Source: Halosimplex marinum
GTDB taxonomy: Archaea; Halobacteriota; Halobacteria; Halobacteriales; Haloarculaceae
Assembly (NCBI RefSeq): GCF_051414075.1
Contig: NZ_JBLKNY010000007.1
Location: 12,706 to 52,705 of the forward strand
DNA length: 40,000 bases
Direction: 5' to 3'
Positions 16,241-24,209 of this stretch are shown one piece after another. The notes under the pieces were generated by a model. The model searched no databases. It was not told the origin of the DNA and saw nothing but the letters and a program-made list of their open reading frames with translations. Position numbers and translations under genes: made by a program. How positions within the stretch are numbered: position 1 is the first letter of the stretch; each line of letters begins with the position of its first letter.

Positions 16241-17928
16241 TAGGTGTAGACGACCGCCTCGAACGGGCGGAAGGTCGCGCCGACGGGATCGGCCGGGGGG
16301 TCGTCGCAGTTGGCGAGGAGAATCTCGGCGTCGCTCGCGGCGAACCCCTCGGGTTCGAACGTCGCCGGTTCGTCGGACCAGTTGCAGACGACGAGCCGGC
16401 GCTCGCCGTCGAGCGTCCGGGTGAACGCGTAGAACTGGTCGTCGTCGGGGACGAGCGGGTCGTAGTCGCCGTAGACGAAGACCGGGTCGTCGTCCCGGAG
16501 GTCGATCAGCCGGCGGTAGTGGTGGAAGACGGACTCGTCGTCGGCGCGTGCGGCGGCGGCGTTGACCTCGGTGTAGTTGTCGTTGACGGGCAGCCACGGG
16601 TCGCCGTCGGTGAAGCCGGCGGCCTCGTCGTCGGACCAGTGCATCGGCGTGCGGGCGTGGTCGCGGCTGCGGTAGTTGACCGCCTCGCGCACGTCGTCGA
16701 ACGAGTCGGCAGTGCCGGCGTCGAGCATGTCCTCGACGAGGCCGACGGTCATCGCGTCGTCGATATCGTCGAGGCTCTCGAACTCGGTGTTGGTCATCCC
16801 GAGCTCCTGGCCCTGGTAGAGATAGGGCGTGCCCCGCATCGTCAGCAGGAAGGTGGCGACGAGCTTCGCGGAGCGGCGGCGGTACGAGTCGTCGCCGAAC
16901 CGCGAGACGATCCGCGGGTGGTCGTGGTTGCCGAGGAACAGCGCCTCCCACGCGGGCTCGGCGACCGCCCGCTGGTTGCGGGTCATCAGCTCCTTGAACT
17001 CCCGGAGGCTCCACTCGCCCCAGTTGTCGTCGGTCCAGTCGTCGGCCTGGTCGACGTCGAGGTGGTCGAAGTGGAACACCATGTCCAGGCACTCGCCCCG
17101 CTGGACGAACTCCCTGGCGTCGTCAGCGTCGGCGCCGCCCATCTCCCCTGCGGACATCGCCTCCTCGGGCACGACCGCGCCGAGCTCGTCGAGGTACTCG
17201 CCGAGCTGCGGCCCGAAGGTGTAGTGTTCCGAGCCGAGCGGGCCGGGCTCGTCGGGGTCGCCGTCGGGGTACCCCTCCGCCTTCGAGAGGTGGCTGATGG
17301 CGTCCATGCGGAACCCGTCGATGTCCTTCTCGACCCACCAGGTGACGATGTCTTTGACCGCCTCGCGCACGTCTGGGTTGCGCCAGTTCAGGTCGGGCTG
17401 GTTCTCGTTGAAGACGTGGAGGTACCACGCCTCCCGTTCGTCGTCCCACGACCACGCCGACCCGCCGAACAGCGACTCCCAGTTGTTCGGCGGTTCGTCG
17501 GGTTCGCCCTCGACCCAGTGGTAGTAGTCTGCGTACTCGCCCTCTCCGCGCTGGGACTTGCGGAACCACTCGTGTTCGCTGGAGGTGTGGTTGACGACCA
17601 GGTCCATGATGAGCTTCATGTCCCGGTCGTGGAGTTCGTCGCGGAGCGCCTCCCAGTCGCTCATGTCGCCGAACTCCTCGTTGATGGCGCGGTAGTCGCG
17701 GATGTCGTAGCCGTTGTCGTGGTTCGGCGAGTCGTAGACCGGCGAGAGCCACACCACGTCGACCCCGAGTTCGTCGAGGTAGTCGACGCGCTCGGTGACG
17801 CCGGGGACGTCCCCGACGCCGTCGCCGTCGCTGTCCGAGAAGCTCCGCGGGTAGATCTGGTAGACCACTGCCTCCTTCCACCACTCGCGGTCGATGCGAC
17901 TGTCCGTGGACTGGTGCTGCTGTGTCAT
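16237..17928 (-). CDS. GH13 alpha-glucosidase / oligo-1,6-glucosidase family, paralogue 1
   Basis: From ATG 17928: MTQQHQSTDSRIDREWWKEAVVYQIYPRSF..DSDGDGVGD. Also GFRMDAISHL and FLGNHDHPRIVSRFG. Confidence 0.9.
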   Translation of the reverse strand: MTQQHQSTDSRIDREWWKEAVVYQIYPRSFSDSDGDGVGDVPGVTERVDYLDELGVDVVWLSPVYDSPNHDNGYDIRDYRAINEEFGDMSDWEALRDELHDRDMKLIMDLVVNHTSSEHEWFRKSQRGEGEYADYYHWVEGEPDEPPNNWESLFGGSAWSWDDEREAWYLHVFNENQPDLNWRNPDVREAVKDIVTWWVEKDIDGFRMDAISHLSKAEGYPDGDPDEPGPLGSEHYTFGPQLGEYLDELGAVVPEEAMSAGEMGGADADDAREFVQRGECLDMVFHFDHLDVDQADDWTDDNWGEWSLREFKELMTRNQRAVAEPAWEALFLGNHDHPRIVSRFGDDSYRRRSAKLVATFLLTMRGTPYLYQGQELGMTNTEFESLDDIDDAMTVGLVEDMLDAGTADSFDDVREAVNYRSRDHARTPMHWSDDEAAGFTDGDPWLPVNDNYTEVNAAAARADDESVFHHYRRLIDLRDDDPVFVYGDYDPLVPDDDQFYAFTRTLDGERRLVVCNWSDEPATFEPEGFAASDAEILLANCDDPPADPVGATFRPFEAVVYTY

Positions 17929-19664
17929 CGTTCTGTGTCGGTCGGGCTGTCGAGGGCCGGTCCGTCGGGGTCGGGCGTCAGGTAGACCCACGCCTCCCAC
18001 GGGCCGAGGTCGAGCCTCCGTCCGGGGACCGCCGGGGCGTCGTCGTTGGCGAGCGCGAGTTCGAGGCCGTCGACGGTCACGCCGTCGGGCACGTCGAACG
18101 TCGTCGGCTCGTCGTCGAAGTTGAGGACGATCAGCGCGCGCTCGGCGGGTCCGTCACCGTCGTCCGCGAGCGTGCGGGTGTACGCGAAGATGTCCGGGTG
18201 TTCGGGGGCGAGCAGTTCGAAGTCGCCGTAGACGAGCAGGTCGCGGTCCCGGAGCGCGACCAGGTCGCGGTAGTAGTGAAACACCGAGTCGGGGTCGGCG
18301 CGGGCGCGGGAGACGTTGACTTCGGTGTAGTTGGGGTTGACGCCGATCCACGGCTCGCCGTCGGTGAAGCCGGCCGCCGCCTCGTCGCTCCACTGCATCG
18401 GGGTGCGGGCGTTGTCGCGGCTCATCGCCTCGACGGCCTCGCGCACGTCCTCGTAGGCGTCGGCGTGGCCGTCGGGGTCGTCGACGGCCGACGCGACGTA
18501 GTTGCGCGCCTCCACGTCCCGGAGGGCCTCGCGGGACTCGAACGGCGCGTTCGTCATGCCGATCTCCTCGCCCTGGTAGACGAACGGCGTGCCGCCGAGG
18601 GTGTGGGTGAGCGTCCCGAGGAGCTTCGCGGACTTCCGGCGGTACTCGCCGTCGTCGCCGAACCGCGAGACCATGCGGGGCTGGTCGTGGTTGTTGAGAT
18701 ACAGCGAGTTCCAGCCCTCGTCGGCCAGGCCCTCCTGCCACTTCGCGAGGATCTCCTTGAACTCGACGAGATCGGGGCCGTCGGCGTCCCACTTCGAGTC
18801 GCCGTGGTCGAAGGTGACGTGCTCGAACTGGAAGAGCATCGAGAGGCCGTCGCCGTCCGCGCCGACGTACTCGCGGGCGTCGTCGACGGAGACGCCCGGC
18901 GTCTCGCCCACCGCCAGGATCTCCTCGTCGTCGAGGACCTCCTCGACCATCTCGCCGACGTACTCGTGGACGCGCGGGCCGTTCATGAAGTGCTGTGCGT
19001 TGCCCGAGTCGCCGCCGTCGGGGTAGCCCGCTGCCTTGGAGATCATGTTGATCACGTCCATGCGGAAGCCGTCGATTCCCCTGTCGAGCCACCACTCCAT
19101 CATGTCGTAGAGCGCCTCGCGCACCGCGGGATTGGCCCAGTCGAGGTCGGGCTGTTTCTCGTCGAAGAGGTGGAGGTACCACGCCTCGCGCTCGTCGTCG
19201 TAGGACCACGCGGGGCCGCCGAACACCGACTGCCAGTCGTTCGGTGGCTCGTCGGGCTCGCCCTCGACCCAGTGGTAGTAGTCGGCGTACTCGCCGTCCC
19301 CGCGGCGCGAGCGCTGGAACCACTCGTGCTCGTCGGAGGTGTGGTTGACGACGAGGTCCATGATCAGACGGATCCCGCGTTCGTGGAGTTCGTCGCGCAG
19401 GCGCTCCCAGTCTCCCATGTCGCCGTAGGCGTCGTCGATGGCCCGGTAGTCGGCGATGTCGTAGCCGTTGTCGGCCTGCGGCGAGGCGTAGACGGGGTTG
19501 AGCCAGACGGCGTCGACCCCCAGTTCGTCGAGGTAGTCGACGCGGTCGATCAGCCCCGGCAGGTCCCCGACGCCGTCGCCGTCGCTATCGTTGAAGCTCT
19601 TCGGGTAGACCTGGTAGACGACCGCTTCCTTCCACCAGACTCGCTCGTCGTCGTCGCCGCTCAT
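17925..19664 (-). CDS. GH13 alpha-glucosidase / oligo-1,6-glucosidase family, paralogue 2
   Basis: MSGDDDERVWWKEAVVYQVYPKSFNDSDGDGVGD, GFRMDVINMI, YLNNHDQPRMVSRFG. Its stop overlaps the start of paralogue 1 (ATGA at 17925..17928). Confidence 0.9.
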   Translation of the reverse strand: MSGDDDERVWWKEAVVYQVYPKSFNDSDGDGVGDLPGLIDRVDYLDELGVDAVWLNPVYASPQADNGYDIADYRAIDDAYGDMGDWERLRDELHERGIRLIMDLVVNHTSDEHEWFQRSRRGDGEYADYYHWVEGEPDEPPNDWQSVFGGPAWSYDDEREAWYLHLFDEKQPDLDWANPAVREALYDMMEWWLDRGIDGFRMDVINMISKAAGYPDGGDSGNAQHFMNGPRVHEYVGEMVEEVLDDEEILAVGETPGVSVDDAREYVGADGDGLSMLFQFEHVTFDHGDSKWDADGPDLVEFKEILAKWQEGLADEGWNSLYLNNHDQPRMVSRFGDDGEYRRKSAKLLGTLTHTLGGTPFVYQGEEIGMTNAPFESREALRDVEARNYVASAVDDPDGHADAYEDVREAVEAMSRDNARTPMQWSDEAAAGFTDGEPWIGVNPNYTEVNVSRARADPDSVFHYYRDLVALRDRDLLVYGDFELLAPEHPDIFAYTRTLADDGDGPAERALIVLNFDDEPTTFDVPDGVTVDGLELALANDDAPAVPGRRLDLGPWEAWVYLTPDPDGPALDSPTDTER

Positions 19665-19886
19665 CGCCGGTCACCGTTCCGTCGGACCCTCGCAGACGGT
19701 TCCACGGACCGCAGGTGAGCCACGGTACCGTCCCGCTCGCGTCCGACGATTCGCTTATCACGTCGTATCGCTTGGATGCGTTTCATGGGTGGCGTCCGGA
19801 AGTCCGACGCGGACTCCGCTCGACAAATACTGACTGGAACGACTCACTTAATTCTGACGAGGATATTGAAGAACAGATTCAACCAA

Positions 19887-19897
19887 AGTTTTATGGG
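19887..19897 (+). promoter_or_regulatory. TATA-like element for the ABC transporter operon
   Basis: aagttttatgg is centred about 33 nt upstream of ATG 19925. Confidence 0.35.
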
Positions 19898-19924
19898 TAA
19901 GTCTATCATGGTCTTGAACGAGCG

Positions 19925-21844
19925 ATGTCTGACAACCAGAACCACGGGTCGAACGGGACGCCCATGTCGCGCCGGCGGATGATGCGGTTGCTCGGTGCGA
20001 CCGGCGTCGCGACGGGCCTCGCGGGCTGTGGTGGACAGTCGGCAGTGGAAACCGAGACAGAAGGCGACGGCGGTGACGGCGGCGCCGACGGCGGCGACGG
20101 TGGAGACGGCGGCTCCGAGACGCCGGAGTCGACCGCCACGCCGGAGGGATTCGAGAGCACCTCGATGGGGACCATCCAGGAGCTGGCCTACGTCACCAAC
20201 CAGACGCTGCCGGTGTTGCCGGTCATGGAGAAGCTGGCCCAGTCGTTCCAGGCGACCGACGACTGGTCGGTTCCCTCGGCCGACAGCGAGAAGATGCAGG
20301 TGTACTGGCCGACCAGCTGGCTGCCCCGGACCGGCGACTGGACGCTGAAGGAGGGCGCCGACGACGAGCGGCTGACCCTCGCCCAGTGGGCCGTCCCCGC
20401 CGACTCCCAGTACAACGTCTGGAACGGCACGAACGACGGGGAGGCCCGGCGGATGCTCTTCGACCGCTTCATGCGGTACAACGTCGCCACGCGGGAGTAC
20501 CACCCCTACGTGATCAGCGACTGGGAGGTCAGCGAGTCGGCGCTGACCCTCTCGGTCCGCGAGGGGCAGACCTGGCACGACGGCGAGCCCGTCACCGGGA
20601 CGGACGTGGCCAACCACCTCAAGCTCGACCTCTACAACAGCGCCGGCGGCGGCGGGATCGGCCCGTACGTCCTGCCGGAGGGCGACATGAACGCGGTGCC
20701 CGACCGCGTGCAGGCGACCGGCGAGAAGACCGTCGAGGTCACGCTCGAACAGGCCGTCAACGAGGAGATCCTCCTGTCGCTGCTCGCGCCGACGCGGCTG
20801 CGCGCCTACGACGAGGTCTACGGCGAGTACGTGACCGCCCTCGACGAGGCCGAGAGCGAGGAGGAGCGGTCGTCGGCGCTGGGCGAGCTGACGGAGTTCA
20901 CCGACGCCGAGCCGGTCGGCAACGGCCCCTTCCAGTGGGAGGACGCCGACAGCCAGCGGACGCTCGTCTCGAAGTACGAGGGCCACCCCGACGCGGACAA
21001 CATCAACTTCTCCGAGGTCGAGTACCTGTACAAGCCCCAGAACTCCGGCCGGTGGAGCTCGCTCATCAACGGCGAGACCGACGGGTCTGCGACGCTGTTC
21101 ATGCCGCAGAACCAGACTCGACGGCTGCCCGACCACATGCAGACCGCGCTGGTCTCCCGTCACTGGGGGATGGGGATCGTCTTCAACCACGACCGCGAGC
21201 CGGTGGACGACGTGCGCGTCCGGAAGGCGATCGCCAACGTCATCGACCGCGAGGCCGCGGCGGGCAACTCCGCGGCGGGCACCGGGTCGAAGGTCGCCGT
21301 CACGTACCCGAGCGGCCTGACCGGCGAGTTCAACGGACAGATCGAGGGCCACTGGCTCGAGGGCGTCGCCGACGAGTTCGACACCTACGGTCGCGCCGAG
21401 CAACGCACCGAGCGTGCCGCCGAGCTGCTCCGCGAGGCCGGCTACGAGAAGAGCGGCGGTACCTGGCAGAAGGACGGCGAGCCGCTCTCGCTGCCGATCA
21501 AGGGGCCCGCGGGCTTCTCCGACTGGGTCTCCGGCGTCCAGACCATCGTCTCGCACCTCCAGGACTTCGGCATCGAGTCCGAGCCGATCATGCAGGACTC
21601 GGCGACCTACTGGGGCGGCGACTACGTCGAGGGCGACTTCAAGCTCGCGCTCCAGGGGTGGGCGTCGTACAACCACACCCACCCGTACTTCCACTTCGAC
21701 TGGATCTACCGGAGCGGGGACGCCACGGACTACTGGAACGTCCCGACCGAGTACGAGGCACCGATCCTGCACGAGGACCTGCGCGACTCGGAGACCATCG
21801 CCCCCGACGGGTACATCTCCGACCTGGCCACGCCCCAGGAATGA
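19925..21844 (+). CDS. ABC transporter substrate-binding lipoprotein (family 5, Opp/Dpp-type; probably sugar-binding)
   Basis: Twin-arginine signal plus lipobox, MSRRRMMRLLGATGVATGLAGCGG, followed by an acidic Thr/Gly/Asp linker. 639 aa, a size typical of SBP_bac_5. Confidence 0.9.
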   Translation: MSDNQNHGSNGTPMSRRRMMRLLGATGVATGLAGCGGQSAVETETEGDGGDGGADGGDGGDGGSETPESTATPEGFESTSMGTIQELAYVTNQTLPVLPVMEKLAQSFQATDDWSVPSADSEKMQVYWPTSWLPRTGDWTLKEGADDERLTLAQWAVPADSQYNVWNGTNDGEARRMLFDRFMRYNVATREYHPYVISDWEVSESALTLSVREGQTWHDGEPVTGTDVANHLKLDLYNSAGGGGIGPYVLPEGDMNAVPDRVQATGEKTVEVTLEQAVNEEILLSLLAPTRLRAYDEVYGEYVTALDEAESEEERSSALGELTEFTDAEPVGNGPFQWEDADSQRTLVSKYEGHPDADNINFSEVEYLYKPQNSGRWSSLINGETDGSATLFMPQNQTRRLPDHMQTALVSRHWGMGIVFNHDREPVDDVRVRKAIANVIDREAAAGNSAAGTGSKVAVTYPSGLTGEFNGQIEGHWLEGVADEFDTYGRAEQRTERAAELLREAGYEKSGGTWQKDGEPLSLPIKGPAGFSDWVSGVQTIVSHLQDFGIESEPIMQDSATYWGGDYVEGDFKLALQGWASYNHTHPYFHFDWIYRSGDATDYWNVPTEYEAPILHEDLRDSETIAPDGYISDLATPQE

Positions 21845-21918
21845 CCCTCGCACGAACGGGGACGGCCCCGTCAACGCGGCGGTGGAGCTAACAGGCGCCG
21901 TCTCACACCGTTTCACAC

Positions 21919-22932
21919 ATGAAATACTTCGTCAAACGCATCGGACAGTCGGTGTTCACCGTCTTCGCGGTGGTGTCGTTCAGCTTCGGCCTCATCCGGC
22001 TCCTGCCGGGGGGACCGATGGACTACCTCCGCGCGCAGATCATGGAGCAGGGGGGCAGCAACCTGTCGCCGGAGGCGATAAACCGGCGCATCGAGGCCCA
22101 GTCGGGGATCAACCCGGACGAGCCGGTGTACGTCCAGTACGTCGACTACATGCTCGGCCTCGCGCAGGGCGATTTCGGCCAGTCGGTCTGGTACGGCGAC
22201 CCCGTCGCGAGCATCATCGGCCCGGCGATCCCCTGGACCGTGTTCCTGACCGCCTCGGCGCTGTTCATCGCCTTCACCGTCGGCGTCTCGCTGGGCGCGG
22301 TCATGGCCTACAAGGAGGGCTCGACGTTCGACGTCGGGTCCACCGGCGTCGGCCTGGTGCTCAACTCGACGCCGGGCTACGTCGTCGCGCTACTGCTCGT
22401 CGCGTACCTGGGTTACCGCTACCAGATCTTCCCGACCGGCGGGCGGTACAACTCCGCGCTCGACCCCGCGCTCACCAACCCCGAGTTCCTGCTGAGCGTC
22501 CTCTACCACGGGGCGATGCCGATCGCGTCGATGGCGGTCGTCGGCTTCGGCGGCTGGGCGCTGTCGATGCGCGGCAACGCCATCCGCGTCCTCGGGGAGG
22601 ACTACCTCCGCGTGGCGCGCCTGCGCGGGCTCTCGACCCGCCGGATCGCCCTGCGGTACGTCGCGCGCAACGCCATCCTGCCGATGTACACGGGCCTGAT
22701 GATCGCCATCGGGACCGTCTTCGGCGGGGCGGTGATCATCGAGAACATCTTCGCGTACCCGGGCGTCGGGTTCTACCTGATCAAGGCCATCGGCGCCCGG
22801 GACTACCCGCTGATGATGGGCGGGTTCATCCTGATCACCATCGCGATGGTCATCGGCATCACCATCGCCGACCTGACCTACGGGATACTCGACCCGCGCG
22901 CCAGGGGAGGTGCCTCGCGTGAGTCCTACTGA
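21919..22932 (+). CDS. ABC transporter permease (DppB/OppB-like)
   Basis: MKYFVKRIGQSVFTVFAVVSFSFGLIRLLPGGP is the classic OppB N-terminus. EAA-type loop: EDYLRVARLRGLSTRRI. Confidence 0.9.
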   Translation: MKYFVKRIGQSVFTVFAVVSFSFGLIRLLPGGPMDYLRAQIMEQGGSNLSPEAINRRIEAQSGINPDEPVYVQYVDYMLGLAQGDFGQSVWYGDPVASIIGPAIPWTVFLTASALFIAFTVGVSLGAVMAYKEGSTFDVGSTGVGLVLNSTPGYVVALLLVAYLGYRYQIFPTGGRYNSALDPALTNPEFLLSVLYHGAMPIASMAVVGFGGWALSMRGNAIRVLGEDYLRVARLRGLSTRRIALRYVARNAILPMYTGLMIAIGTVFGGAVIIENIFAYPGVGFYLIKAIGARDYPLMMGGFILITIAMVIGITIADLTYGILDPRARGGASRESY

Positions 22933-24208
22933 CGACGAACGGGGCGACGACCCGCAACCGGGTGAGGAGGCCGACTCCGACCCCGCCTTCGACGCGATCG
23001 CGGGCAACGACGACGCCATCGACCCGGCGGCGGTCACCGGGACCGACGACGACGCCGGCCCGTCGCGGCCGGCCATCTCCGGGCACGCCTGGAAGGGGCG
23101 GCTCCCAGCGGCCGACGGAGAGCGCGATGACGACCTCCGCGCGGACGGCGGCGAGCGCACCGACGACCTCCGCTCCGACGGTGCCGGCGGGTCGGTCTCG
23201 GAGTTCGAGCAGATGGCCGACGTGACGCTCAGCGAGAGCGAGCGCCGCCGGCAGTGGTTCGAGGAGAAGGTGCTCGCGCCGGCCCGGATCGTCTGGGACG
23301 ACTGGCGGGCCCGCTTCGGCGTCGCCGTCGTCACGCTGTACCTGTTCATGGGGCTCGTCGGCCCCCACGTCGTCGCGGAGCCGTCGCCCAATCAGGGCCG
23401 GCGGCTGATCGGGGCGTTCCGGACGCTGGAGCACCCGTTCGGGACGACCGCCTCCGGCGTGGACATCCTCTCGCAGCTCGTCTACGCGACGCCCGCGATG
23501 CTGTTGATGATCACGGCCGGCGCGGTGTTCACGGTCGTCCTCGGGACGGCCGTCGGCACGCTCGCCGGCTACAAGGGCGGGCGCGTCGACAGCGTCCTGA
23601 TGACGATCACCGACGTGATGATGACCATCCCGGGCCTGCCGCTGACCATCGTCCTCGCGGCGGTGCTGCAGATCGAGGGCCACCCGGTGGTCATCGGCGT
23701 CCTCATCACGGTCAACGCCTGGGCGGGGCTCGCACGCGCGATCCGCTCGCAGGTGCTGACGCTGCGGGACGCCGAGTACGTCGAGGCCTCGCGCATCATG
23801 GGGATCCCGACCCCGCGGATCATCGGCAGCGACATCGTCCCGAACCTGATGCCGTACATCTCGATGAACTTCGTCCGGCAGGCCCGCGCGGTCATCTTCG
23901 GGGCCGTCGGGCTCTACTTCCTCGGCGTCCTGCCGTACAACAGCAACAACTGGGGCGTCATGATGAACGCCGCGGTCAACCGCGCGGGGGCGACCTCCTC
24001 CGCGGCGGCGTTCCACTGGCTGCTCGTCCCGATGGTGACGATCATCGTCCTCGCGCTCGGGCTGACCCTGCTCGCGCAGGGCGCCGACCGCGTGTTCAAC
24101 CCGCGGGTCCGCGCCCGCCACGCGAAGACCGTCGAGGACGACGGCGACGAGGAGGGCGACGCCGGCGGCCCCGGCGGCGCCACCAGCGCGGCCACGGGAG
24201 GTATCTGA
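22910..24208 (+). CDS. ABC transporter permease (DppC/OppC-like) with about 100-aa acidic N-terminal extension
   Basis: AEYVEASRIMGIPTPRII is the EAA loop. GTG at 22910 or 22919; internal ATG at 23213. The extension has high third-position GC, so it is probably translated. Confidence 0.8.
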   Translation: MPRVSPTDDERGDDPQPGEEADSDPAFDAIAGNDDAIDPAAVTGTDDDAGPSRPAISGHAWKGRLPAADGERDDDLRADGGERTDDLRSDGAGGSVSEFEQMADVTLSESERRRQWFEEKVLAPARIVWDDWRARFGVAVVTLYLFMGLVGPHVVAEPSPNQGRRLIGAFRTLEHPFGTTASGVDILSQLVYATPAMLLMITAGAVFTVVLGTAVGTLAGYKGGRVDSVLMTITDVMMTIPGLPLTIVLAAVLQIEGHPVVIGVLITVNAWAGLARAIRSQVLTLRDAEYVEASRIMGIPTPRIIGSDIVPNLMPYISMNFVRQARAVIFGAVGLYFLGVLPYNSNNWGVMMNAAVNRAGATSSAAAFHWLLVPMVTIIVLALGLTLLAQGADRVFNPRVRARHAKTVEDDGDEEGDAGGPGGATSAATGGI

Positions 24209-24209
24209 C

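Noticed and set aside
15562-19718. 807-aa and 598-aa plus-strand ORFs (15562..17985, 17922..19718).
   Set aside because: Both are antisense to the two GH13 genes, which have unmistakable family motifs. Their translations are Val/Arg/Gly/Asp-rich with no motifs, so they are a GC-rich artefact.
19844-21916. 690-aa minus-strand ORF.
   Set aside because: It is antisense to the Tat-lipobox substrate-binding protein gene and its composition is low complexity. It was rejected as an artefact. The same applies to 8305..10035(+), 24096..25724(-), 14216..15478(-), 35898..37727(-), 26779..28242(-) and 28907..30469(-) beyond the cupin part.
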